Shown: positions 25,528-34,983 of the stretch, in pieces | Numbering within the stretch: position 1 is the first letter of the stretch | Layout: each line of letters begins with the position of its first letter | Source of the DNA: Myxococcota bacterium | Lineage (GTDB): Bacteria > Myxococcota_A > UBA796 > CAJQPC01 | Length of the DNA: 49,853 bases | Assembly: GCA_036229005.1 (NCBI GenBank) | Contig: JAZAMN010000013.1 | Span: 1 to 49,853 of the forward strand | Direction: 5' to 3' | Notes under the pieces: generated by a model | Database searches by the model: none | What the model was told of the DNA's origin: nothing | Seen by the model: only the letters and a program-made list of their open reading frames with translations | Program-made: the position numbers and the translations under genes

Positions 25528-26955
25528 TCACTCCGCGCGCACGCTGCGGGCGTCCAGGTCCACGATCACGCGCTGTTGGCCCTGCAGGGTGAAGGGCTGC
25601 TCCCGCAGATCGAATCGGATGTCCTCGCTGGTGGGGCCGTCTCCTTGGTTGTCGTCGTAGATCACGAGGCCCAGGCGGTGGTCCCGGAGTTGGCCCTCCA
25701 AGGCGATGTTCCCCGGTCCCTGGGCCCTGGCCCCCCCGACGCGCTCTCCGCTGTCCAGGTCGATGCAGTCGATCTGCAGGCGCTGTCCGCGCATGGACTG
25801 GTAGCGGAGCTGGAGCTGGACGGGGCCCGCCGCGCCGGGATCCGGGCCGTCCTCCGGCGCGTGAACGAAGGGGTCGCGGACCGGGGGAGGGGGCTCGCCG
25901 CTGCCGCCGCTGTTGAGGGGCTTCCCGCGGGACCAGGGGCCGAGCTGGGTGGCCAGGGCCTCGCCGATCAGGGCGTGCCCCAGCGCGGTGGGGTGCATCT
26001 CGTCCAGGAAGAGGGCGTCGGCGCTCAGGCCAGTGTCCGCGAAGAGGGCGGGGACGTCGAGGATCGGGGCCCCGTGGCGCTCTGCGGCAGACCGCATGAC
26101 CTCGCGGTAGGGATCCCATGCCGGGGAGTGCTGGCGACCAGCGAGGTCCTCTCGGTTGGCCAGGATCACGAACGCGAGCTCAGCCCCTTCTCCCTGAGCG
26201 AGCTCGGCCATGCGCTCCAGGTTGTCCTGGTAGTCCTCCAGGGCGACCCGGCGCTTGCCGATCTGGCCCTCGCCGCCCACGGTCCAGCCCACCTGTCGGG
26301 CGCGCCCCTGGGGGCTGTTCTCCACGCGGAGCTGGTGGTGGAGCAGGCGGTAGAGCGCTGAGGCGCGCAGGCGCTCGTGGACGCGGGTCGCGGGGCGCTC
26401 CCGCCAGGCCCCCCACTCGGAGAGCAGCTCCTTGTCCACGAAGTCGTCGAAGTTGTTGTCCGACCACAGGTTGGCGATGACCAGGACGTCGGGCTCCAGG
26501 GCCAGGGCGCGCATCTGCAGCAGGTTCAGGGACTGGTAGCTGGAGTAGCCCGGGACCGCGGCGTTCCAGCCCTCGATGGCCGCCCCGCTGCTGCGGCGCA
26601 GGTGTTGGGCAGCCACGTCGATGAAGGGCTCGCCGTCCTCGACCCCGTAGCCGTAGACGGAGCTGTCTCCGGTGACCAGGAGTCGGCGTACTCCCGGTGG
26701 TTTGGGGATCTTGGGCTCGGGGCCGCGCAGGCCCAGGGCGTTGATCTCGGCGGTGGCGCCCTGGTCGGGGACCAGCTCCCAGAGCAGGTAGGGGTTGCCC
26801 TTCATGGTCGGGGCGCCGTCGTCGGGGGAGGGGGGCAGACCGTCCGCGCGGGCCAGGGCATCGCGGGCGAGCAGGCGCACGCCGAGCTCCAGGGCCGCGA
26901 AGCCGAGCAGGGTGGACAGGGCCGCGAAGGCGATGCGGAGGGAGAAGCGTGACAT
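25528..26955 (-). CDS. SGNH/GDSL hydrolase family protein
   Basis: INALGLRG, GDSS, NAAVPGYSS, DEMHP, N-terminal TM. Confidence 0.85.
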   Translation of the reverse strand: MSRFSLRIAFAALSTLLGFAALELGVRLLARDALARADGLPPSPDDGAPTMKGNPYLLWELVPDQGATAEINALGLRGPEPKIPKPPGVRRLLVTGDSSVYGYGVEDGEPFIDVAAQHLRRSSGAAIEGWNAAVPGYSSYQSLNLLQMRALALEPDVLVIANLWSDNNFDDFVDKELLSEWGAWRERPATRVHERLRASALYRLLHHQLRVENSPQGRARQVGWTVGGEGQIGKRRVALEDYQDNLERMAELAQGEGAELAFVILANREDLAGRQHSPAWDPYREVMRSAAERHGAPILDVPALFADTGLSADALFLDEMHPTALGHALIGEALATQLGPWSRGKPLNSGGSGEPPPPVRDPFVHAPEDGPDPGAAGPVQLQLRYQSMRGQRLQIDCIDLDSGERVGGARAQGPGNIALEGQLRDHRLGLVIYDDNQGDGPTSEDIRFDLREQPFTLQGQQRVIVDLDARSVRAE

Positions 26956-27031
26956 CCATGTCCCTGTATCCCTGCGTTGCTGCCCGGGGGTCCGGGGACT
27001 AGACTGAGTTCAGGCATCACGCGGAGGCCCT

Positions 27032-28282
27032 TTGTCTGAAGACCTGGTCAAGCAGCTCGACTCCAAGGACATTCACCAGCGCGCAGACGCGGGTCGGCAG
27101 CTCGCCAAGGTCGGTGAGCCCCAGCACATCGCGCGGCTCCTCCAGGCCGCCATCGAGGACCCCAGCCCCGGCGTCCGGCTCTACGCGGTCGGCGCGGCGG
27201 CGGACATCCTGAGCCGCTACCGGGTGGGCCCCCAGGCCGACACGATCGGGGAGCTCCAGCGCCGGGCCTGGTTCGACCAGTTCAAGGGCGTCGATCCGGG
27301 GCAGAACCCCGGCGTGTTCTCCGTGATGGCCAACCTCAAGCTCTCGCGCATCCCCAAGCGGCTGCTGGTGGGCTTGCAGGACCCGCGCCTGGACGTGCGC
27401 ACCGGCGCCATCGTCGGCGCCTACCGCTACTTCATCTCCCACGCGGCCGCGGACGACGCGGCGCTCAAGGCCGAGCTGCTCAAGCTCCTGGAGAGCGCGC
27501 GCCTGCGGCCCGACGCCATGGCCGCCATCGTCCGGCAGGTCGGGCAGTGTGGCTGGGAGGACGCGCGGGGCACCATCCAGGCGCTGCGCGGTCGCTTCGG
27601 TCAGGTCGACGAGGCCATCGAGCTCACCCTGGGCTGGCTGGACGAGCAGGCCGACCCCGGCACCCTGCTGGGCGCCTGGGCCAGCTACGGCGGGGACGCC
27701 GGCGAGGTCCGGAACGCCGACAAGCCCCTGAGCTACCTTCTGCTGGCCGATGGCGTGGGCGCGCGCTTTGACGAGAACGGCGTGCGCACCTTCCGCTGGT
27801 CGCTGGAGGACGGGCAGATCACCCTCGGGGACGTCACCACCTCGCTGCGCCGCATGGTGCTGGATGAGCCGGTGGACCACGAGTTCGTCCAGGCCCTCCA
27901 GACCGCGGAGATCACCTGGTACCGCGCCTCCAAGGGCGCCGCCGAGCTGGCGGAGCGCTTCTCCGACGACGTGGGCAACGTGGACCCCAAGGTCGGCAAA
28001 GCCCTCGCCGCCGCCTTCGTCGCGGCGCTTCCCGACACCGCCGCCGGCGAGCGCGTCAAGGCCCGCGTCGAGCTGTCCGTCGGCATGACCGAGTCGGCCC
28101 TGGAGCGCCTGGAGGCCATCGCCGCCAAGCCCCGTGGCGTCGCCAACGAGGTCTGGTACTGGCTGGGCGCGGCCCGCAAGGGCGCCGGAGACGACGCGGG
28201 GGCCAAGGCGGCGTTCTCCCAGTTCCTCAAGAAGGCGAAGAAGAAGGATCCGCTGTTTGCGTTGGCGGAGGCGGAGGTCTGA
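27032..28282 (+). CDS. HEAT-repeat protein with C-terminal TPR-like helices
   Basis: HEAT-like motifs (DPSPGVR, DPRLDVR) and C-terminal VWYWLGAA..GD..AKAAF. TTG start after GGAGG. Confidence 0.65.
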   Translation: MSEDLVKQLDSKDIHQRADAGRQLAKVGEPQHIARLLQAAIEDPSPGVRLYAVGAAADILSRYRVGPQADTIGELQRRAWFDQFKGVDPGQNPGVFSVMANLKLSRIPKRLLVGLQDPRLDVRTGAIVGAYRYFISHAAADDAALKAELLKLLESARLRPDAMAAIVRQVGQCGWEDARGTIQALRGRFGQVDEAIELTLGWLDEQADPGTLLGAWASYGGDAGEVRNADKPLSYLLLADGVGARFDENGVRTFRWSLEDGQITLGDVTTSLRRMVLDEPVDHEFVQALQTAEITWYRASKGAAELAERFSDDVGNVDPKVGKALAAAFVAALPDTAAGERVKARVELSVGMTESALERLEAIAAKPRGVANEVWYWLGAARKGAGDDAGAKAAFSQFLKKAKKKDPLFALAEAEV

Positions 28283-28693
28283 GGGGCGCTCAGGTATCAG
28301 GCGTCAGGTATCAGGTGTCGGAGCTTGGGCGTCTGGGAGGGTTCGCGGCGACAGGCGACCGGGGACCGGGGCCCGCCGATGACGGTCCTGCCGGGCTCGA
28401 GCGTCTCGCCAGCCGACCTCTGGAGGCGTCGCGGGGAGGGCCCGGCACTGCCTCCGGACCACACCAAGGCGGCGTTCTCCCAGTTCCTCAAGAAGGCGAT
28501 TAAGAAGGAGCCGCTGTTTGCGTTGGCGGAGGCGGAGGTCTGAGGGGCGCTCAGGTATCAGGCGTCAGGTATCAGGTGTCGGAGCTTGGGCGTCTGGGAG
28601 GGTTCACGGGGACCGGGGACCGGGGACCGCCGAGACGGCTCTGCCGGTCTCGAGCGCCTCGCCAGCCGACCTGTGGAGGGGTCGCGGGGAGGG
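28203..28693 (+). repeat. imperfect tandem duplication (261-bp offset) of the gene 3' end plus downstream repeat module
   Basis: 28203-28344 versus 28464-28605 differ at three positions. 28345-28440 versus 28606-28693 are more diverged. Confidence 0.9.
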
Positions 28694-28787
28694 TGGCGCA
28701 GCGCCCAGGCCACAAGAGCCCGCCTGTCCCCACATGGACCCCGAGGTCCGGCTCGGAGCGAACGCCTCGGAGTAGAGCGGCGTCATG

Positions 28788-28819
28788 CCCGATACCCGAT
28801 ACCCGATACCCGATACCCG
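28788..28819 (-). repeat. heptamer tract (CCCGATA)x4 after the hydrolase stop
   Basis: cccgatacccgatacccgatacccgatacccg. Confidence 0.85.
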
Positions 28820-28829
28820 CCCCCCCGAA

Positions 28830-29669
28830 TCACCCCTCCAACCAAGCCAAGCAGTCCTCCCACATCGTCAACCCCGGGTGCGGCCTGAAGAACCCAAAGT
28901 GGTCCACCTTCTGCATCCCAAAGTGCTGCGGCTTCACGATGCTGAGCTCCGCGATCTCTGGGTCCAGGCAACTCCAGAGCGCCTCGACTCCCCGAGGGGG
29001 CGCCAGGCTGTCGTCCGTGAGCCCCAACACCCGAGTCGGTGTGCGGTAGCGCTTGAAGCGAGCCTCCGCATCCGGCACAAAATTCAGCAGGTAGCGCGGA
29101 GAGCTGAGCCACTTGAGCCACTCCAGCATCGCCGGGCTGGGGACGTCCTCGCCGATTCCGGTCCAGCCGGGGAGGTAGCCAAAGGCCCGCGTCGCCAGCG
29201 GCATCACCACCTTGAACATGCCCCACATGCGGTAGCGAGCGAGGCCGTCGTAGTAGCCGTGCCAGCCAAGCTGTGAGCCCATCGTGTAGAGGCGATCCAG
29301 GATCTGCATCTGGTCCAGGATCCCGATGAGCTGCCCGCCAAAGGAGTGGCCCACGCCCAGCTTGGGGCCCGGCTGTCGGGCCAACCAGTCCAGCGCCGCG
29401 CGGGCATCCAGCAGCGCCCAGTCCGTGGTCGTCGCCTGCTCCCGCTGGATGGGGCCCGCTTGGGACTCCCCGATGCCCCGGTAGTCAAAGCGCAGCACCC
29501 GATAGCCGTGCTCGGAGAGCCACTCCGCGAAGCGGCGGTAGTAGCGGGCGGGGGTCGCGTAGGCGCCCAGGATGACCACGCTGCCCCGCGCGTCCGCGGG
29601 CTCGTGGATCCAGGCCGCGAGGCTGCGTCCATCCGCGGCGCTCAAGGAGAAGGGGGATGCATCAGCCAT
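28830..29669 (-). CDS. alpha/beta-fold hydrolase
   Basis: FDYRGIGES, GHSFGG nucleophile elbow, TDD, HFGFFR. ATG at 29669 after GGAGG. Confidence 0.88.
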   Translation of the reverse strand: MADASPFSLSAADGRSLAAWIHEPADARGSVVILGAYATPARYYRRFAEWLSEHGYRVLRFDYRGIGESQAGPIQREQATTTDWALLDARAALDWLARQPGPKLGVGHSFGGQLIGILDQMQILDRLYTMGSQLGWHGYYDGLARYRMWGMFKVVMPLATRAFGYLPGWTGIGEDVPSPAMLEWLKWLSSPRYLLNFVPDAEARFKRYRTPTRVLGLTDDSLAPPRGVEALWSCLDPEIAELSIVKPQHFGMQKVDHFGFFRPHPGLTMWEDCLAWLEG

Positions 29670-29735
29670 GGGGCCTCCAGCCTCAAGCTCACCCGCCCAG
29701 CGAGCCCTCGCGACCCCCAAGGGCGCAGTCCCGTC

Positions 29736-29749
29736 CTGCATGAATGCAG
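29736..29749. promoter_or_regulatory. palindrome CTGCAT-GA-ATGCAG, candidate LysR binding site
   Basis: Perfect 6-bp inverted repeat between the divergent hydrolase and LysR genes. Spacing is T-N10-A, not the canonical T-N11-A. Confidence 0.45.
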
Positions 29750-29774
29750 TCGGCTCTGCAGTTACGCTGCGGAA

Positions 29775-30653
29775 ATGCCGTCCTGGGATGACATGCGCTT
29801 TGCCCTGGCGCTGCGAGAGGCTGGGACCCTGGTCGGCGCCGGGGCTGCGCTGCGGGTGGATCCGACCACCGTAGGCCGCAGGGTGTCGGCCCTGGAGGAC
29901 GACCTCGGCGTGCGGCTCTTTGTGCGCACGCCCGGCCACTGGGGGACCACACCGGCAGGAGCGCGGGTGCTCTCGCACGCAGCGATAGGGCGGGAGTCCA
30001 TGCGGGCCGCCTTCTCAGCGGCGCAAGAGGAGCTCGCTCCCCGGGGCCTGGTGCGCCTGACCACCCTGGAGTCCATCGCGACCCACCTGCTGGTGCCGGT
30101 GCTGCCGGCGCTCGCCCAGACCTACCCGGATCTGGAGCTCGTACTGCGCGTGACGGACCAGGTGCTGGACCTCTCGTCCGGCCAGGTGGAGATCGCCCTG
30201 CGTGTCGGTCAGCCGCGGCGGCCCGAGCTCGTCGGTCGGCGCCTCGCCCAGGTGCGCGAGCGCTTCTATGCCGCCCCCAGTCTGCTGGAGCGGCTGGGCC
30301 TGGACGCGCGCTCCCTGGCCAATCTCGAAGGCCTCCCGGTGGTGGTCCTGCAGGGCAGGGGGAGCTTCCACAAGCGCCTGGGCGTGCACCGCCGCGTGCT
30401 CAGCACCAACAGCACCAGCGCCCTGCGCGCCGCGGTCGTCGCCGGGTTGGGGGTGGGCCTGCTCCCGGACCTCCTGGTGGGCCCCGGCTCAAGGCTGATC
30501 CCCTTGCCGCGGCTCCCATCGAACGAGGAACTCCCGGTCTGGCTCGTCACCCACCCCGACCTCGCTCAGCTCCCCAGGGTCCGCGTGGTGATGGACTTCC
30601 TGGCAGCCAGTGAGGTGTTCCAAGGTGAAGGAGCAGCCCAAACCGACCCCTGA
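29775..30653 (+). CDS. LysR family transcriptional regulator
   Basis: WDDMRF..GTL..A..L.VDPTTVGRRVSALEDDLGVRLFVR HTH plus substrate-binding domain. TACGCT lies 6 nt before the ATG (possibly leaderless). Confidence 0.93.
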   Translation: MPSWDDMRFALALREAGTLVGAGAALRVDPTTVGRRVSALEDDLGVRLFVRTPGHWGTTPAGARVLSHAAIGRESMRAAFSAAQEELAPRGLVRLTTLESIATHLLVPVLPALAQTYPDLELVLRVTDQVLDLSSGQVEIALRVGQPRRPELVGRRLAQVRERFYAAPSLLERLGLDARSLANLEGLPVVVLQGRGSFHKRLGVHRRVLSTNSTSALRAAVVAGLGVGLLPDLLVGPGSRLIPLPRLPSNEELPVWLVTHPDLAQLPRVRVVMDFLAASEVFQGEGAAQTDP

Positions 30654-30726
30654 CCCCAGCCCCCTGACCCTCCGATACCCGATACCCGATACCCGATACC
30701 TGATACCCGATCCCTGATACCCGCCC
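30654..30726 (-). repeat. heptamer tract (GATACCC/GATACCT) between convergent genes
   Basis: ccgatacccgatacccgatacccgatacctgatacccgatccctgatacccg. Confidence 0.85.
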
Positions 30727-31263
30727 TCAATCCTCCAGGAACAGCCCCCCGCCCACGACCTTCCCGCACCAGGGCGGCACCTCCTCCCAGCCGTCTCCGG
30801 CGTCGAGTCCCAGCAACGCACCCAGCATCGGTGCGCCGGCGTCAGGAGCGTTCGCGGGCTCGGGTTCGCCGGTCTCCAGGGAGGCCACCAGCGCGCTGAG
30901 GGCCAGCAGCTCGGTCCCCTCTGCGCCCATCTCGGGCAGGTGGCCGTGCTTGAAGGCCTGCTGCAGCAGCGGAAGTGCGGCTGCGTCGTCCAGCAACAGG
31001 ATGCCCCCCACCGCCAGAACGGCCAGGCGCTCGGACTCCGGACGCTCCAGGGCGACGGCGAGGAGCTCCGGGCTGCCCGCCAGGTCCTCGACGAGCACCG
31101 CCAGGTCCTGGACGCTGCGGGGCTTGTCCAGCCACCCGATGTCCTCGCTGGTGAGCTGGTGATCCCGCAGAGCGCGGAGGGCCGCCGAGTCCGAAGAGAT
31201 GGGCCAGCAGGCCTGCAGCAGAGGCAGAGCCGCCTCGTCCAAAGGAATACGCATCCAGGGCAC
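30727..31263 (-). CDS. hypothetical protein
   Basis: GGAGG RBS before GTG, fills the gap between convergent and divergent neighbours, no recognised family. Confidence 0.55.
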   Translation of the reverse strand: MPWMRIPLDEAALPLLQACWPISSDSAALRALRDHQLTSEDIGWLDKPRSVQDLAVLVEDLAGSPELLAVALERPESERLAVLAVGGILLLDDAAALPLLQQAFKHGHLPEMGAEGTELLALSALVASLETGEPEPANAPDAGAPMLGALLGLDAGDGWEEVPPWCGKVVGGGLFLED

Positions 31264-31316
31264 AGACCCTCCAAGGGGCGGTTGGTTAGGGGCTGTGTCT
31301 AACCAGGAGAGGGAGA

Positions 31317-32288
31317 ATGCAGGGCACTCTGACCCAGCTTGTTCACCACAGCGCGGCCTTGGCCCAGCACAACCCCTGGGGGGATCCGACCGCCCGCGAG
31401 GTCATCGTCTACGAGCCCGCGGACGCCACGGGGCCGATGCCCATGCTGCTGGCCTTGCCGGCGTTCACCAGCTCGCACTGGGGCTTCCTGAACCGGAGCT
31501 GGCGCAGCGAGAACCTGCCCATGCGCTTGGAGCGGCTGCGTCGGGAGCACGATCTGCCCCCCGTGCGCATCGCGATGATGGACGCCATGACCCACCTGGG
31601 CGGTGGGCAGTTCCTGGACTCCCCCGGGATGGGGCTCTACGGCACCTGGATGCGTCAGGAGCTGATCCCCTGGCTGGGCGAGCGCTTCCCGACGACGGGC
31701 TTTGGGGCCTTCGGCAAGTCCAGCGGGGGCTACGGCGCCTTCCGCCTGGCCCTGGATCAGCCCGGCCTGCTGGGCGCCATCGCGGCCCACGCGCCCGACT
31801 GCGGCTTCGACTACGTCTACCCCCCGGACTTCCCCAGCGCGGTCGAGTCGCTGCGGGACGCGGGCGGCTTGCAGGCCTGGCTGAACGACTGGGCCTCCCG
31901 GGGCGACGTGAAGGGACCGGACCACGCGGTCGCGAACACCCTGGCCATGGCCTGCTGCTACTCGCCGGAGCCCCAGGCCGACCCGCCCTGCGCGCTGCCC
32001 GTGGACCTGGAGACCGGCGAGACCCTGCCCGCGGTGATGGAGCGCTGGAAGGCCCACGATCTCGTGGAGCTGGTCAAGCAGCGGCCGCACGCGCTCCAGG
32101 GGACGGCGCTCTACCTGGACGTGGGCCGTCGGGACGAGTTCCGCCTGCAGGTGGGCGGCCGCCAGCTAAAGCGCGCGATCGAGGGCGCGGGGCTGGAGCT
32201 GGAGTACCGCGAGCACACCGGCGGGCACTTCAAGCTGAACAGCCGCTTCGAGTTCAGCCTGCCGTGGATGATCCGGGCGCTGAGCTGA
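31317..32288 (+). CDS. esterase, enterochelin-esterase-like alpha/beta hydrolase
   Basis: NPWGDP, GGQFLDS, GKSSGGYG, DVGRRDEF, GGH. Confidence 0.85.
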   Translation: MQGTLTQLVHHSAALAQHNPWGDPTAREVIVYEPADATGPMPMLLALPAFTSSHWGFLNRSWRSENLPMRLERLRREHDLPPVRIAMMDAMTHLGGGQFLDSPGMGLYGTWMRQELIPWLGERFPTTGFGAFGKSSGGYGAFRLALDQPGLLGAIAAHAPDCGFDYVYPPDFPSAVESLRDAGGLQAWLNDWASRGDVKGPDHAVANTLAMACCYSPEPQADPPCALPVDLETGETLPAVMERWKAHDLVELVKQRPHALQGTALYLDVGRRDEFRLQVGGRQLKRAIEGAGLELEYREHTGGHFKLNSRFEFSLPWMIRALS

Positions 32289-32302
32289 GCGCCCCGGAGG
32301 CC

Positions 32303-33256
32303 TCAGAGCCCCTGGGCTTCCAGCTCGGCGAGCAGGGCTTGGACCTTGGCGATTCCGTCTTGGTCCACGAGCTCGGTGCCCAGCGGGGGCATGCTGGGGG
32401 TGCGTTCGCTGAGGTTGCGCTCGGACATGCGACGCAGCACCTCGCTGTCACCCGGATCGCCGAGCTGCCAGCGTGCAGTCTGCAAGGCCGGAGATTGAGC
32501 CAAGGTCTCCAGGCCCCCCGGTAGGCTCAGGTCCAAGGGCTCAAAGTCCCCGGGAGCAAAGCAGTCGGTGGCCTGAGCCTGCTCATGTCGGCTGCTGTTG
32601 TGGCAGTGGCTGCAGTTGCCATGCAGGACCCCCAGACCGGCGAGCGCCGCGTCGCTGACCGTGGGCTCGGCCTCGACCGGGTCGCTCAGCAGGCCGCGAT
32701 CGTAGAGCTCCTGGCGCAGCGAGAGCTCCAACTGCGTCTGTGAGAAGCCCAGGGTGAAGCTCTCCCGACCACCATGACAGGCGGCACACTCCTGCTGGCC
32801 GGGGACGTCGTGCTGGGTGCCCGAAGCGTCCGCGAGGGGCTCGTGTTGAGGCGAGGCGTCGGACTGATCCGCGCTCCAGAGGTAGGCGATACCGATCCAC
32901 CCGTCCGCCGTCTTGAGGTTCAGCCGGGTCTCCACGCGGACGCCATCGCGCGTGAACTCCTTGAAGAGCTGGGTGCCCACGGGGAAGCGCCACTGCTCGG
33001 GGTCGCTGGTGTCGACCTGGGTGCCCTCGGGCAGCACGATCCAGCGCGCCTTGCTGGCCCCGTCGGTCCACAGGGGGAAGCGCGGGGTGAAGGCGATCGC
33101 GTCGGGGTTCAGCACGTCGCCCTGGATGTCGGAGTAGAGGGCGGTCTGGCCAAGGGAGCTGGGCAGCTCACCGACCAGCGCAGTGGGTTCGGTCGAGCAA
33201 TCCCTGAAGCTGGTGCAGCCAGCGAGGACACCAGTGATCAGCGCGAATGGGGGCAT
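32303..33256 (-). CDS. dihaem c-type cytochrome lipoprotein (SO2930-like)
   Basis: LAGC lipobox, [29 protein letters not shown] and CSHCH haem motifs, MPPLG. Confidence 0.8.
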   Translation of the reverse strand: MPPFALITGVLAGCTSFRDCSTEPTALVGELPSSLGQTALYSDIQGDVLNPDAIAFTPRFPLWTDGASKARWIVLPEGTQVDTSDPEQWRFPVGTQLFKEFTRDGVRVETRLNLKTADGWIGIAYLWSADQSDASPQHEPLADASGTQHDVPGQQECAACHGGRESFTLGFSQTQLELSLRQELYDRGLLSDPVEAEPTVSDAALAGLGVLHGNCSHCHNSSRHEQAQATDCFAPGDFEPLDLSLPGGLETLAQSPALQTARWQLGDPGDSEVLRRMSERNLSERTPSMPPLGTELVDQDGIAKVQALLAELEAQGL

Positions 33257-33325
33257 GGGGACTCCGGGGGCGCTCTTGGGACACCGCAGAGGGGCCCTAC
33301 GCGTACACCCGGGATCGGAGCCGGC

Positions 33326-33784
33326 TCAGCGGAACATCAGCGGCAGCTCGGTGACCGCCTTCACATTCCGAGGGTAGCGGCCCTCGTCCAGCGCCTTGAG
33401 CATGCAGGTCTGGAAGGACTCGGGGGCGCCCTGGACAGCGAAGCCGCTCAGGCGGCCGGCGCCGTCGGCCTCGATGTAGAGGACAAGGTACTGCGGCGGC
33501 GCGTCCCACTGCTCGGTGCAGGGGAGGATGCGGTGCTGGAGCGCGTTGGCCAGGCTCTGGGCCCGGCTGTCCAGCTCCAGGTTTCGCGGGGTCCCCCAAT
33601 CGGGGGAGGCGATGAGCTGGGCGTCGGGGGCCTGGGAGGAGGCCTCGATCTCGGCGATGAGATCGGCCTCTTCGCGGTAGCGCGTGCGGCGCTTGTCCAT
33701 GACCCAGGCGGCCACCCCGATCACAATGACCCCCAGCAGGGCCGTCACCTGAAGCAGGGTACGGGGTCCAGACTCGGGGGCCAT
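33326..33784 (-). CDS. single-TM protein with TonB-C/AgmX-C-like periplasmic domain
   Basis: TM helix followed by a two-Cys domain (ILPC..FQTC..RYP..LPLMF). Confidence 0.5.
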   Translation of the reverse strand: MAPESGPRTLLQVTALLGVIVIGVAAWVMDKRRTRYREEADLIAEIEASSQAPDAQLIASPDWGTPRNLELDSRAQSLANALQHRILPCTEQWDAPPQYLVLYIEADGAGRLSGFAVQGAPESFQTCMLKALDEGRYPRNVKAVTELPLMFR

Positions 33785-33838
33785 GCGTGCAGACTCCAGG
33801 CGACAGGGGAGGGCACCCGCGGGGGGCGCCCGCACCCA

Positions 33839-34102
33839 CTATCCCGCGCGGGCCGTGACGCGCCGCACAGGCACGTTGGAGACCAGGGCGATCTCGCCCT
33901 CGTTGCGCTCCAGGCGGAAGTCCACCTGGTCACGGTCCAGGTTGATGTACTTGGACATGACCTCGACGACTTCGGCCTTCATGGCCTCCATCTCGGCGGG
34001 GGTCAGGTCCACTGCGTCGTGCACCAGCAGGAGCTTGAGGCGCGCCTTGGCGTCGTCCTTGCTCCCGGGGCCACCAAAGATCCGGCGAATGACATTGACC
34101 AT
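33839..34102 (-). CDS. minE: cell division topological specificity factor MinE
   Basis: SKDDAKARLKLLLVHD..VMSKY..NVPV. Coupled to minD. Confidence 0.92.
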   Translation of the reverse strand: MVNVIRRIFGGPGSKDDAKARLKLLLVHDAVDLTPAEMEAMKAEVVEVMSKYINLDRDQVDFRLERNEGEIALVSNVPVRRVTARAG

Positions 34103-34914
34103 CAGACCGCTCCCCGGCTGGGGGTCATGCCCATCCAGCGCTTGAAGTTGGCCCAGAAGCCCGTGGGCTCCTCGGCGACGAAAGGCACCTCGGGCTCGCC
34201 GGTGAGGCGACGCGCGACGCGCCGGTAGGCTTCTCCGACCACGGAGTCGTCGTCGTAGGCCACGGGCGCGCCCTTGTTGGCCGAGACGATGATGTCCTCG
34301 TGGTCGGGGATGATCCCGACCAGGGGGATGGCCAGGATCTCCAGGATGTCGGCCTTGTCGAGCATGTCGCCCCGGTCGACCATCTTCTGGCGGAAGCGGT
34401 TGATGATCAGGGTGGGCTCGGGCAGCTCAGCGGCCTCCACCAGCCCGATGATGCGGTCGGCGTCGCGGATGGCGCTGACCTCGGGGGTGGTGACGATGAT
34501 GGCCCGGTCGGCGCCGGCGATGGAGTTCTTGAAGCCCTGCTCGATGCCCGCGGGGCAGTCGACGATGACGTAGTCGAACTCCTCCTTGAGCTGGTCGATC
34601 AGGTCCCGCATCTGGTCCTCGGAGACGGAGGACTTGTCGCGGGTCTGGGCGGCGGGCAGCAGGTAGAGGTTGTCCAGGCGCTTGTCCCGGATCAGCGCCT
34701 GCTTGAGCCGGCACTCGCCCTCGATGACGTGCACCAGGTCGTAGACGATGCGGTTCTCCAGACCCAGGATGACGTCCAGGTTGCGGAGGCCGATGTCGGC
34801 GTCCAGGACGCACACCCGGTGGCCTTCGCGGGCCAGGGACACGCTGAGGTTGGCGGAGGTGGTGGTCTTTCCGACTCCACCCTTGCCGGAGGTGACGACG
34901 ATGCACTCGCTCAT
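34102..34914 (-). CDS. minD: septum site-determining ATPase MinD
   Basis: TSGKGGVGKTT, DIGLRNLD, DCPAGIE, PEVSAIRDADR, C-terminal amphipathic FWANFKRW. Confidence 0.96.
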   Translation of the reverse strand: MSECIVVTSGKGGVGKTTTSANLSVSLAREGHRVCVLDADIGLRNLDVILGLENRIVYDLVHVIEGECRLKQALIRDKRLDNLYLLPAAQTRDKSSVSEDQMRDLIDQLKEEFDYVIVDCPAGIEQGFKNSIAGADRAIIVTTPEVSAIRDADRIIGLVEAAELPEPTLIINRFRQKMVDRGDMLDKADILEILAIPLVGIIPDHEDIIVSANKGAPVAYDDDSVVGEAYRRVARRLTGEPEVPFVAEEPTGFWANFKRWMGMTPSRGAV

Positions 34915-34983
34915 TTTGGGGCTCCTGAGACTACTGCCTGCTGGCCCGGCTTTGCCTTGCGGCGCCGCGCGGACCGATCAACT

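Noticed and set aside
28325..28543. 72-aa ORF ending in the same C-terminus as the HEAT protein
   Set aside because: By-product of the duplication; its N-terminal part is translated repeat sequence.
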